From Candidatus Limnocylindrales bacterium (GTDB lineage: Bacteria > Chloroflexota > Limnocylindria > Limnocylindrales > CSP1-4): a stretch of DNA of 54,459 bases. A model generated the notes under the pieces. That model was not told the origin of the DNA and did not search any database. It worked only from the letters and a program-made list of their open reading frames with translations. Below, piece after piece: positions 9,990 through 19,086 of the stretch. The translations under genes and the position numbers were made by a program. The stretch spans positions 1 through 54,459 of the forward strand of contig DATHYZ010000020.1 in the NCBI GenBank assembly GCA_035458865.1. The letters run 5' to 3'. The stretch's first letter is position 1. Every line of letters starts with the position of its first letter.

Positions 9990-10951
9990 GTCGCCTCCTC
10001 GCCTGGGCCCCCAGTATCGCCGACGGACGCGGGCGGGGGCGAGTCGCCGAGCCACCCGGCATCGGTCGTGGAACCAGGCTCCGCCCGGACCGACTCTCGA
10101 GCGGCGCTCCCGTGGCCCGCGCCGTGGGCCGGGTCGATCGGACGTGGCCGTTGGGTCCCCGGCTCCATGGCCGCCGTCGCCCGCTCGGCCGCCACGGTCT
10201 CGGTCGCCCGGTAGAAGCCGGCCAGTGCCTCGTTGACGAGGGCCGGACGACGGACCTGGGCCTCGTGGCCCGTCCCGGGAACGACGAAGAGGCGGCTGTC
10301 GGGCAGCTGCCGGGCCAGCGCCCAGGCCTGGTCCACCGGTGCGAAGGGATCGCGGTCGCCGATCACGACGAGGGCCGGCGCGTCGACCGCTCGAAGGAGG
10401 CGTGGCTCGGGTGGCGCCTGGCGGGCGACGTCGGCGGCGATGGCCGGCAACAGGTGCTGCCAGGCGCCGGGGCCCTGGCCCTCGTCGTGTCGTCGGGAGA
10501 GCTGGGCAGCCCACGTCGGGTCGCGTGCCTCGATCCGGTCGGGATCCATCAGGCGTCGGGCGACGCTGGCCCGGGGCTCACGCCCGACGCCGGCGCCGAT
10601 GACGACCAGGGTGCGGACCCGTGCCGGCCGCCGGGCCGCGAACCCCAGGGCGGTGAAGGCGCCCATCGAGAAGCCGAGCAGATGGCAGCTCGCCAGGTCG
10701 AGGGCGTCGAGGAAGGCCTCCAGGTCGTCGACGAGCCATCCGTACTCGAAGCCCCGGCTGGCGTCCCAGCGGGTCCGGGCATGGCCCCGGGCGTCCGGCA
10801 GGAGCACCCGGAACCGCTGCGACAGCAGGGGGACCTGGGCGGCGAAGTCCTCGCGTCCGGTGCTCGTGGCGCCGTGGAGCAGGACCAGTGGCGGTCCGCT
10901 CCCCTGCTCGTCGTAGCCGACGTCGAGCGCGCCCGCCCGGACGATCGCCAT
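9986..10951 (-). CDS. Alpha/beta-fold hydrolase
   Basis: Internal ATG at 10951 (MAIVRAGALDVGYDEQGSGPPLVLLHGA). Nucleophile elbow GFSMGA and C-terminal GTGHEA histidine motif. Confidence 0.85.
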   Translation of the reverse strand: MAIVRAGALDVGYDEQGSGPPLVLLHGATSTGREDFAAQVPLLSQRFRVLLPDARGHARTRWDASRGFEYGWLVDDLEAFLDALDLASCHLLGFSMGAFTALGFAARRPARVRTLVVIGAGVGREPRASVARRLMDPDRIEARDPTWAAQLSRRHDEGQGPGAWQHLLPAIAADVARQAPPEPRLLRAVDAPALVVIGDRDPFAPVDQAWALARQLPDSRLFVVPGTGHEAQVRRPALVNEALAGFYRATETVAAERATAAMEPGTQRPRPIDPAHGAGHGSAARESVRAEPGSTTDAGWLGDSPPPASVGDTGGPGEEAT

Positions 10952-10970
10952 CACCGCGGCCCGGGCGCCG

Positions 10971-11498
10971 TCAACGTTCGGGCCACCCCTCGAGATCGAG
11001 CTCGCGCGAGCGCTCGACCCGGAGGTAGCGACGCCGGTAGTAGAGCAGCGGCATCGGATGCTCCGCCTCGTCCGCCAGTGCCTCGACACGGGCGATGAAC
11101 AGGTCGTGGTCGCCGGCGGGGATGACGTCGACGGTGACGCACTCGAGGGTCGCGATCGCGCCGTCGAGGAGTGGGACCCCGGTCGACCCGGCCCGCCAGG
11201 CGGCTCCGCAGAATGCCTCGCGGTCGGGCTCGACGGGGGCTCCGGCGAAGCAGTCCGAGAGGGCCTGCTGGTCCTCGCCCAGGACGTTGACGCCGAAGCG
11301 GCCGACCGATCGGACGAACGGGGTGATCCGTCGACGGCGGTCCAGGGCGACCATGACGAGCGGCGGTTCGAGCGAGACGGAGCTGAGCGCGTTCACCGTG
11401 ATCCCATGCGGACGGACGCCGTCATGCGTCGTCACCACCGTCACCCCGGTGACGAAGTGGCCCATGACCGTGCGGAAGGCGTCGCTCGTCGGTCCCAT
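10971..11498 (-). CDS. Flavin reductase (NAD(P)H-FMN oxidoreductase, RutF/HpaC-like)
   Basis: 175 aa from the internal ATG at 11498. FRTVMGHFVTGVTVVTT ... GITVNALSSVSLEPPLVMVAL ... GDHDLFIARV is typical of the flavin reductase domain. Confidence 0.85.
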   Translation of the reverse strand: MGPTSDAFRTVMGHFVTGVTVVTTHDGVRPHGITVNALSSVSLEPPLVMVALDRRRRITPFVRSVGRFGVNVLGEDQQALSDCFAGAPVEPDREAFCGAAWRAGSTGVPLLDGAIATLECVTVDVIPAGDHDLFIARVEALADEAEHPMPLLYYRRRYLRVERSRELDLEGWPER

Positions 11499-11615
11499 CG
11501 GGTGCAGTCTACGGGCTGCCGCGGGAGCTCCCGCCCACGCCCCGGGCCGATGGGACCGCCCTCGTCCGGCGGGACGGCCCGATCGTCCGCCATCGCGACG
11601 GTGCATGATCGGGCG

Positions 11616-13028
11616 ATGAACGAGCAGCCCTCCCCGGCCACCCGGGTCGAGCGGGACTCCATGGGCGAGATGGAGGTCCCGGCCGACGCCCTCTACGGCG
11701 CCTCGACCCAGCGGGCCGTCCTCAACTTCCCCATCTCCGGCCAGCCGATGCCTCGCCGCTTCATCCAGGCGCTCGCGCTCGTCAAGCGGGCCGCCGCCGA
11801 GACGAACGCCGAGCTGGGTCTCCTCGACGCGACCAAGGCCGGGGCCATCGCCCGCGCGGCGCAGGCGGTCGCCGACGGCGGCTACGACGAGCACTTCCCG
11901 ATCGACGTCTACCAGACCGGGTCCGGGACCTCCACGAACATGAACGCCAACGAGGTCATCGCCCACCTCGCGGCGGCCGAGCTGGGCGAGGGCGTCAGGG
12001 TCCATCCCAACGACGACGTCAACGTCTGCCAGTCCTCCAACGACGTCATCCCGACGGCCCTGCAGCTCTCCGCGGCGATGGCCATCGAGGAGGATCTGCT
12101 GCCGGCCCTCGAGCGGCTGCACACGGCGCTCGTGACGCGCGAGCATGAGCTCTGGTCGGTCGTCAAGACCGGCCGGACCCACCTCCAGGATGCGACGCCG
12201 ATCCGCCTGGGCCAGGAGTTCCGCGGCTATGCGGGCCAGGTGGAGGAGGCGATCCGGCGGGCCCGCACGGCCCAGGCCGAGCTGCTGGCGGTGCCGCTGG
12301 GCGGGACGGCCGTCGGGACCGGCATCAACGCCCACCCGGAGTACGCGCTGCGGACGTGCGCACGGCTGTCCGGGCTCACCGGGCTTGAGGTCCGGGAGAC
12401 CTCGAACCACTTCCACGCGCAGGCGACCGTCGACGCGGCCATCGCCGCCCATGGGGCGCTGCGCAGCATCGCCCTCTCGCTCTGGAAGATCGCCTCGGAC
12501 ATCCGGCTCATGGGCATGGGCCCGCGGGCCGGGATCGCGGAGCTGGCCCTGCCGGCGACCCAGCCCGGCTCCAGCATCATGCCGGGGAAGGTGAACCCGG
12601 TCATCGTGGAGAGCCTGACGATGGTCGTAGCCAGGGTCGTCGGCAACGACGCGACCGTGGGCTTCGCCCAGACCGGCAGCTTCCTCGAGCTCAACGTCAT
12701 GCTCCCGGTCACGGCGGCGGCGATGCTCGAGTCGATCGGCCTGCTCGGCCGGGCGGCCGGGAACTTCTCGGCCCGCTGCGTCGAGGGCCTGACCGCCACC
12801 GAGCGCGGCCCGCAGCTCGTGGAGCAGGGCCTGATGCTCGCCACCGCCCTGGCCCCGGTCATCGGCTACGACGAGGCGGCGAAGCTCGCCAAGGAGGCCT
12901 TCGCCAGCGGGCGGACGATCCGCGAGCTGGCGCTCGAGCGGGGCATCGAGCCGGAGCGGCTGGATGAGCTGCTGGACCCGGCCGCCATGACGGAGCCCGG
13001 CCTGGGCGGCGGACCCGCAGGCGGCTGA
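11616..13028 (+). CDS. fumC: Class II fumarate hydratase
   Basis: 470 aa from the internal ATG. Motifs: VERDSMGEMEVPADALYGASTQRA, YQTGSGTSTNMNANEVIA, signature GSSIMPGKVNP. The pattern is closer to FumC than to aspartase. Confidence 0.9.
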   Translation: MNEQPSPATRVERDSMGEMEVPADALYGASTQRAVLNFPISGQPMPRRFIQALALVKRAAAETNAELGLLDATKAGAIARAAQAVADGGYDEHFPIDVYQTGSGTSTNMNANEVIAHLAAAELGEGVRVHPNDDVNVCQSSNDVIPTALQLSAAMAIEEDLLPALERLHTALVTREHELWSVVKTGRTHLQDATPIRLGQEFRGYAGQVEEAIRRARTAQAELLAVPLGGTAVGTGINAHPEYALRTCARLSGLTGLEVRETSNHFHAQATVDAAIAAHGALRSIALSLWKIASDIRLMGMGPRAGIAELALPATQPGSSIMPGKVNPVIVESLTMVVARVVGNDATVGFAQTGSFLELNVMLPVTAAAMLESIGLLGRAAGNFSARCVEGLTATERGPQLVEQGLMLATALAPVIGYDEAAKLAKEAFASGRTIRELALERGIEPERLDELLDPAAMTEPGLGGGPAGG

Positions 13029-13058
13029 CCGAGCCGGGGGGCGGATCGGTCATCGCGT

Positions 13059-13089
13059 CGTCCGTCGTGAACCGGGCTGCCGACGGACG
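13059..13089 (+). terminator. Candidate stem-loop after fumC
   Basis: cgtccgtcg, 13-nt loop, cgacggacg: a 9-bp perfect stem starting 31 nt after the fumC stop. Confidence 0.3.
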
Positions 13090-13122
13090 CGGGCGGCCTG
13101 TGGGCTGGTACGATGCGGCGCC

Positions 13123-13911
13123 ATGACGTCCACTCGCCTCTGGGACCGCGCCGGCGCCCTGGCCGTCCGACCCGACGACGAACCGGCCCTGCCCGCGATC
13201 GCCGCCCTGCCGAGCGATCGTCTGCCCGGCGTGGCCGAGCTGTTCGACTTCATGCGCGACGCGGAGATGCGGTTCGGTGCCCTGCGGATGCGGATCGAGG
13301 ACCGGACCTGGGGCTCGACCGGCGAGCACCTGGAGGTCATCGACACGGTCCTCCGTCACCCTGGCGACGCCAAGGTGACGACCACGGACCCGGGGCTCGG
13401 GACGTCGGCCAACTACGAGGTCTGGATCTCCGACGGCGAGACGGTCCGGACGTACGCGGCGCGCCACCACCTGGGGACCCGTCGCCCGGTCCGGCGCCGC
13501 GTCGTCGGCCTCGACAGCGGCGACCTCCCGGGGATGTCGCGGGTCTACGAGCCGCGCACCGCGCTGCCGATGGAGACCCTGGCGGATACCTTCGTCCACC
13601 CCGCCGGCTTCTGCCAGAACGTGCTCGCGACCGGGGCCTGCGAGGTCGTCGGCAGCGACGTCGTCGCCGGGCGGGAGGCCGTCGTGCTGGTCGCCGACCA
13701 CCCGAGGGCCGTCGAGCGGATCGGCGACCGACCGGACTTCCAGCTCGAGATCGCCGTCGACCGCGACACCGGGGTGATCGTCCGGCTCGTCGAGCGCATC
13801 GGCCGCTCGGAGACGCGGCGCGCGGAGGTCATCACGCTCCAGCCCGACGCGCCCATCCCGGCGTCGGCCTTCCAGTTCGAGTTCCCGGCCGGCACGACCT
13901 TCATCTACTAG
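13123..13911 (+). CDS. Hypothetical protein
   Basis: 262 aa with coding-like composition and no low-complexity runs. No family recognised. Confidence 0.6.
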   Translation: MTSTRLWDRAGALAVRPDDEPALPAIAALPSDRLPGVAELFDFMRDAEMRFGALRMRIEDRTWGSTGEHLEVIDTVLRHPGDAKVTTTDPGLGTSANYEVWISDGETVRTYAARHHLGTRRPVRRRVVGLDSGDLPGMSRVYEPRTALPMETLADTFVHPAGFCQNVLATGACEVVGSDVVAGREAVVLVADHPRAVERIGDRPDFQLEIAVDRDTGVIVRLVERIGRSETRRAEVITLQPDAPIPASAFQFEFPAGTTFIY

Positions 13912-14239
13912 GTCGTCGGGGCGCCTTCCGGCCCCGATCCGGATAGCCGAGCGCGGAGATCGAGCACGCGTCGGCGACGTGGAGGAGTCTCCGCAGATTC
14001 CGCATTGCATATGGGGCTCCGTAGCCCTATCGTGCCGCCGAAAGCGGCGGGTCGCGCCCCGTTGACCCGGCGATGAGGGGGAGAGGAGGCGCCTACGAAG
14101 CGCGCGCCGCCCGGCGCGCCCATATCGCGACATCCCCGGACGATCGACCGAGTCCGAACGTCATCCGCCGGGTGAGGGTCACCCGGCAGGCCAGAGCCGC
14201 ATCGGCTGTGGCCGTCATCGAGTCTTGAGGGAGGTATCG
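13912..14239 (+). promoter_or_regulatory. Unusually long (328 bp) structured intergenic/leader region upstream of the permease gene
   Basis: Contains a locally AT-richer patch (gattccgcattgcatatgg), the hairpin gccgccgaaagcggcgg, the inverted repeat gcgcgccg-cc-cggcgcgc (14101-14118) and the hairpin ccgggtga-ggg-tcacccgg (14168-14186). Confidence 0.3.
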
Positions 14240-15925
14240 ATGACCCAGGGGAAGTCCCGCGACGAGCTCATCCAGCAGGACATCCAGGACCTGCACCGGC
14301 TGGGCTACGCGCAGGAGCTGTTCCGCACGATGGGTGGGTTCAGCAACTTCGCGATCAGCTTCTCGATCATCTCGATCCTGACCGGCGCCGTGATCCTCTA
14401 TGACTACGGCCTGGCCTGGGCGGGCACCGCCGCCGTGCTCATCGGCTGGCCGCTCGTCACCGTCTTCGTCCTGACGATCGCCGCCGCCATGGCGGAGGTC
14501 GCGTCCGCCTATCCCACCGCCGGCGGCCTCTACTACTGGGCGTCCCGGATGAAGAGCAAGGACTGGGGCTGGTGGACCGCCTGGTTCAACCTGATCGGCC
14601 AGTTCGCGATCGTGGCCGGCATCAACTTCGCGGCCGCGTTCTTCCTCAACCAGACGATCATCGGCCCGCTGACGGGCGACGCGTTCACGAATACGACCGA
14701 GGTCCTCAAGATCGGGGACACGGTCCTGGTCACCGGCCAGCTGCTGACGATGGCCGTCCTGATGCTGGTCCAGCTGGTCCTCAACATCGGCGGCATCAAC
14801 ATCGTCGCGTTCCTGAACCAGGTCAGCGTCTGGTGGCACATCGCCTTCGTCATCCTGATCGCCGCGGCCCTGTTCATCCTGGGCACCAAGGACACCGCGA
14901 CGGACGCCGGCCTGACGCTCTTCGCCCTGGAGCCGCAGGACACCCTGGGCTCCTGGGACATCACCTTCCCGCCGGGGGCGGAGAACCCGCTGATCAGCCT
15001 CCAGTTCGGAGCTGCGTCCACGTACGTCCCGTTCGCGGCGTTCTTCTTCTCGCTGTTGCTGGCGAACTGGACCTACACCGGCTACGACGCGTCCGCGCAC
15101 GTCGCCGAGGAGACCGTCGGGGCCCGGCTGTCGAGCGCCTGGGGCATCTTCCTGTCGGTGGCGGTCTCGGCGGTCGTCGGCTTCATCTTCCTGCTGTCGC
15201 TGACGCTCCATCTGCCGAACCTCGACCCGCTGTTCGGCCAGCTCGATGACCCCGCCCTCTACAGCCAGTACTACTTCGGCGACAACGCCGCGGTGAACTT
15301 CATCCTCAAGGAGAACCTGGGCGACGGCCTCGGCGGCGTCTTCGGCGGCGCCATCGCCATCGCCATGAGCTTCTGCGGGCTGTCCTCGGTCGCCTCGGCC
15401 GGGCGGATGCTCTACGCGTTCGCCCGGGACGACGGGATCCCGGGCTCGCGGTGGCTCAAGAAGGTCTCCCACCGGTTCCGGACCCCGGCCAACGCGCTCA
15501 CCGCGATGGTCGTCGGAGCGTTCCTGCTGGCCATGGTCGCCTTCCTGGCCGGCGGCGGCACGGCCATCGTCATCGTCACCGCCATCAGCACGATCTTCCT
15601 GTACGCCGCGTACGGGGTCACGATCTGGCTGGGCCTGACGACCACCGAGTGGCTCAAGGAGCGCGTCTGGAGCCTCGGCCGGTTCTCCAAGCCGGTCGCC
15701 ATCGCGGCGATCTTCTGGGTCCTGGTCCTGATGGTCCTCTTCTCCTTCCCGACCTCGGGCAACATCTCGATCACCTTCATGCTCGCGGTCGTGATCCTGC
15801 TCCTCGTCTACTACTTCGGCTGGGCCCGACGGAACTTCAAGGGCCCGCACGCCATGGGTCGCGAGGAGGAGCTCACCGAGATCGAGCTCGAGTTCGAGCA
15901 GGCCGCCAAGGAGGTCGGCGGCTAG
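14240..15925 (+). CDS. APC-superfamily amino acid/amine permease
   Basis: ATG at 14240 preceded by GAGGGAGG. About 12 hydrophobic segments. N-terminal LGYAQELFRTMGGFSNFAISFSIISILTG and AEVASAYPTAGGLYYW are typical of amino acid/choline/GABA-type permeases. Confidence 0.9.
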   Translation: MTQGKSRDELIQQDIQDLHRLGYAQELFRTMGGFSNFAISFSIISILTGAVILYDYGLAWAGTAAVLIGWPLVTVFVLTIAAAMAEVASAYPTAGGLYYWASRMKSKDWGWWTAWFNLIGQFAIVAGINFAAAFFLNQTIIGPLTGDAFTNTTEVLKIGDTVLVTGQLLTMAVLMLVQLVLNIGGINIVAFLNQVSVWWHIAFVILIAAALFILGTKDTATDAGLTLFALEPQDTLGSWDITFPPGAENPLISLQFGAASTYVPFAAFFFSLLLANWTYTGYDASAHVAEETVGARLSSAWGIFLSVAVSAVVGFIFLLSLTLHLPNLDPLFGQLDDPALYSQYYFGDNAAVNFILKENLGDGLGGVFGGAIAIAMSFCGLSSVASAGRMLYAFARDDGIPGSRWLKKVSHRFRTPANALTAMVVGAFLLAMVAFLAGGGTAIVIVTAISTIFLYAAYGVTIWLGLTTTEWLKERVWSLGRFSKPVAIAAIFWVLVLMVLFSFPTSGNISITFMLAVVILLLVYYFGWARRNFKGPHAMGREEELTEIELEFEQAAKEVGG

Positions 15926-15970
15926 CCGGATCGACTCGAGCCGCCCAGCGGCATCACCCACGACGCATCC

Positions 15971-16000
15971 GAGGGTCGGCCGTCCCACCGGCCGACCCTC
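15971..16000 (+). terminator. Strong stem-loop between the permease and the GS-like gene (terminator or attenuator candidate)
   Basis: gagggtcggcc-gtcccacc-ggccgaccctc: an 11-bp perfect stem followed by gtcgtt, located 46 nt after the permease stop and 60 nt before the ATG at 16060. Confidence 0.35.
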
Positions 16001-16059
16001 GTCGTTCCCGCGCAGGGCGACCCCACCGGTGGCGCCGGTCGGACGCCCGGAGGTGAAGG

Positions 16060-17451
16060 ATGAGCGACCACGCGACCCAGCGACACCCGATGCTCGAGGA
16101 GCTCGAGGCGGCCGTCCGCGACGGGACGGTCGACACCCTCATCGTGGCGTTCACCGACATGCAGGGCCGCCTCATGGGCAAGCGCGTGCAGGCCCAGGCG
16201 TTCCTCAACGGCGTGATCGACCACGGGGCCCACTTCTGCACGTACCTGCTGGGCACCGACATGGAGATGAACACGCCCGACGGGTTCCGGCTGATGAACT
16301 GGGAGACCGGCTACGGCGACTGGGTCGCCAGCCCGGTCTGGGAGACGCTCCGCTACCTGCCCTGGCTCGAGCGGACCGCCCTCGTGCTCTCGGACACGGT
16401 GGACGAGGAGACCCACGAGGAGATCCCGGTGTCGCCCCGGACCATGCTCAAGCGCCAGGTCGAGCGGGCCACCGGGATGGGCTACCGGATCAAGGCCGGC
16501 TCGGAGCTCGAGTACTACGTCCTCCGCGATTCGTGGCAGGACCTCGCCGAGCAGGGCTGGCCGACGCCCAGGCCGTTCGGCACCTACAACGAGGACTACC
16601 ACCTCCTCCAGGCCACGAAGGCGGAGCCGCTCCATCGACTCCTCCGGAACCTGATGACCGAGGCGCGGGTCCCGGTCGAGTTCAGCAAGGGCGAGGCGGC
16701 GCCCGGCCAGCACGAGGTCAACATCCGCTACGACGACGTCCTCGAGTCGGCCGACCGGACCGTCGTCTTCAAGCACGGCGCCAAGGAGATCGCCTACCTC
16801 AACGGCTGGGGGATCACCTTCATGGCCAAGCCCGACCACCGCTGGACCGGCTCGTCGGGCCACCTCCACATGAGCGTCTGGGACGCGGACGGCGAGCGCT
16901 CGCTGATGGCGGACGAGGACTCGACGGAACCGTACCGGATGTCCGCGACGATGCGCCACTTCATGGGCGGGATGATGGCTCTCTCCCGGGAGCTGGCCGT
17001 CTTCATCGCCCCGAACATCAACTCCTACAAGCGGTTCGCCGCCCTGTCCTGGGCTCCCGTCAACGTGGTCTGGGGCCGCGACAACCGGACCACCGGGTTC
17101 CGCGTGGTCGGGCATGGCCAGGGCCTCCACATCGAGAACCGCTTCCCGGGCGGCGACATGAACGCCTACCTCACCTACGCGGCGATGGTCGGCGCCGGCC
17201 TCTGGGGCATCGAGCACCAGGTCGAGCCGCCGGCGGAGTTCAAGGGCAACGGCTACGTCGCCACCGGCGTCCCGCGGATGCCGCAGGCCCTCTGGGAGGC
17301 GATCGGCGAGCTCGAGCGATCGACCGCCGCCCGCGAGATCTTCGGCGACGACGTCGTCGAGCACTACCTCAACGCGGCCCGCTACGAGCAGATGACCTAC
17401 GACGCGGTGGTCCACCCGTGGGACCGCGAGCGCTACCTCGAGCGGGGCTAG
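16060..17451 (+). CDS. Glutamine synthetase family protein (gamma-glutamyl-amine synthetase-like, GlnA3/GlnA4/PuuA type)
   Basis: 463 aa, with GGAGG upstream. GS beta-grasp N-domain (VDTLIVAFTDMQGRLMGKRV) and catalytic domain (GSELEYYV, PGQHEVNIRY, FMAKP, SGHLHMSVW, NRTTGFRV, ENRFPGGDMNAYL). Confidence 0.9.
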   Translation: MSDHATQRHPMLEELEAAVRDGTVDTLIVAFTDMQGRLMGKRVQAQAFLNGVIDHGAHFCTYLLGTDMEMNTPDGFRLMNWETGYGDWVASPVWETLRYLPWLERTALVLSDTVDEETHEEIPVSPRTMLKRQVERATGMGYRIKAGSELEYYVLRDSWQDLAEQGWPTPRPFGTYNEDYHLLQATKAEPLHRLLRNLMTEARVPVEFSKGEAAPGQHEVNIRYDDVLESADRTVVFKHGAKEIAYLNGWGITFMAKPDHRWTGSSGHLHMSVWDADGERSLMADEDSTEPYRMSATMRHFMGGMMALSRELAVFIAPNINSYKRFAALSWAPVNVVWGRDNRTTGFRVVGHGQGLHIENRFPGGDMNAYLTYAAMVGAGLWGIEHQVEPPAEFKGNGYVATGVPRMPQALWEAIGELERSTAAREIFGDDVVEHYLNAARYEQMTYDAVVHPWDRERYLERG

Positions 17452-18140
17452 TCCCCGGCGACCCCGGCCAGGGCGGCAAGGCGGGCGGCCAGGGCCGCAT
17501 GCCCCTCGGCGGCGGCCAGGGCGGCCGCCGTCGCGCCCTCCTCGGTGGGAAGATCGAGCCTGGCCCCGGCCTGCAGCAGCAGGTCCACGGTCGCGGTGTC
17601 GCCGTTCTGGGCAGCCGCGTGGATGGGCCGAACGCCGCCGGTCTGGGCTGCGTTGACGTCCGCGCCGGCGTCGACGAGGAGCCGGGCGATCGCGAACGAG
17701 CCGCCGGCCACCGCGCTGTGGAGCGGGTGGACGCCCTGGCCGTTGCGCGACGGCACCTCAGGATCGGCGCCGTAGGCAAGGAGCAGGTCGGCGACCGATT
17801 CCCAGTCGAAGAAGGCCGCCAGGTGGAGCGGCGTGTAGCCGTCCACCGACCAGGCGCGAGCGCGGGAGGGATCGTCGTCGAGGAGCTCGGCCGCCCGGCC
17901 CGCCCGGCCGGTCGCCGCGGCCTCGAACAGATCGAGCGTCTCCTCGCCCCGTGCCTCCACGAGGCGGTCGACGATGTCGGATCGCTTGAACGACCAGTAC
18001 CGGGCCACCATCAGGACGGAGAGGCCGTCGCGGTCGCGGAGCGTCGCCAGCGCGGGGTCGGCGGCAAGGAGGCGTCGGACCGTGTCGCCCTCGCCCGCCT
18101 TGACCGCCGCCAGGAACTCGTCCGTCCGCTCCACGCGCAC
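17448..18140 (-). CDS. Ankyrin-repeat protein
   Basis: Repeats GYTPLHLAAFFDWESVADLLLAYGADPEV, GVHPLHSAVAGGSFAIARLLVDAGADVNA and GVRPIHAAAQNGDTATVDLLLQAGARLDL. The GTG start at 18140 (or 18134) is uncertain. The stop overlaps the convergent GS-like stop in a shared CTAG. Confidence 0.75.
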   Translation of the reverse strand: MRVERTDEFLAAVKAGEGDTVRRLLAADPALATLRDRDGLSVLMVARYWSFKRSDIVDRLVEARGEETLDLFEAAATGRAGRAAELLDDDPSRARAWSVDGYTPLHLAAFFDWESVADLLLAYGADPEVPSRNGQGVHPLHSAVAGGSFAIARLLVDAGADVNAAQTGGVRPIHAAAQNGDTATVDLLLQAGARLDLPTEEGATAAALAAAEGHAALAARLAALAGVAGD

Positions 18141-18297
18141 CTCATCCTGCTCGCGCCGGGTCGCCGCAGCCGGCCCCGGCAAGGACAGGATAGCCCGGCC
18201 CCCTGCACCTGCGGACCGGGTCCGCCGGGACCCCGGTGGCCGACTACGCTTCGCTGACCAGCCACCCGACCCCACCCCCATCCCGAGGGACGAACCG

Positions 18298-19065
18298 ATG
18301 CGACTCGCCGACAAGGTCTGTGTCATCACCGGCGCCGGGAGCGGCATGGGCCGCGTCGCCGCCGAGCTCTTCGCCCGCGAGGGCGCGAAGGTCGTCGTCG
18401 CCGACTTCGACGAGCAGGCCGCGGCCATCACGACGGCCGCCATCCAGGAGGCAGGGGGAGAGGCCTCGTTCGTTCGCGTCGACGTGTCGAGCGAGCGGGA
18501 CGCCGAGCGGATGATCGGCCACGCGGTCGAGACCTACGGCCGGATCGACTGTCTCTACAACAACGCCGGGGTCATGCCCGAGGCCGATCACTCGGTCGTG
18601 GACACGGACGTTCCGACCTGGGACAAGGTCATGGCCGTCAACGTCCGCGGGGTCTACCTGGGCTGCCGTTTCGCCATCCCCCGCATGCTCGAGCAGGGCA
18701 GCGGCTCGATCATCAACGTGGCCAGCTTCGTGGCGATCCTGGGCTGCTCCGTGCCCCAGGACGCCTACACCGCGTCCAAGGGCGCGGTCCTGGCGCTGAC
18801 CCGGAGCCTCGCCGTCCAGTTCGCGCCGCGAGGGGTCCGCACGAACGCCATCAGCCCGGGTCCGATCGAGACCCCCCTGCTGATGGACTGGCTCCTGAAG
18901 GACGAGGCGGCCAAGCAGCTCCGCCTGAACCGGAACCCGACCGGGCGCTTCGGCAAGCCGGAGGAGATCGCCTACGTCGCCCTCTACCTCGCGTCGGATG
19001 AGTCCCGTTGGACGAACGGTGCGAACCTAGTGATCGACGGCGGGATCACCGTCAACTACTTCTAG
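18298..19065 (+). CDS. Short-chain dehydrogenase/reductase (SDR)
   Basis: Internal ATG. Rossmann motif VITGAGSGMG, NNAG, catalytic YTASKGAV, C-terminal GANLVIDGG. Confidence 0.9.
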   Translation: MRLADKVCVITGAGSGMGRVAAELFAREGAKVVVADFDEQAAAITTAAIQEAGGEASFVRVDVSSERDAERMIGHAVETYGRIDCLYNNAGVMPEADHSVVDTDVPTWDKVMAVNVRGVYLGCRFAIPRMLEQGSGSIINVASFVAILGCSVPQDAYTASKGAVLALTRSLAVQFAPRGVRTNAISPGPIETPLLMDWLLKDEAAKQLRLNRNPTGRFGKPEEIAYVALYLASDESRWTNGANLVIDGGITVNYF

Positions 19066-19086
19066 GGCGGCGCAGGGAGGTCGGGC

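Noticed and set aside
13912-14239. c-di-AMP (ydaO-type), glycine or glutamine riboswitch upstream of the APC permease
   Set aside because: Compared from memory with the conserved cores of these classes, only scattered short matches (for example ccgaac, ggggctcc) were seen. That is not enough to call a class. The region is kept only as an unexplained structured leader.
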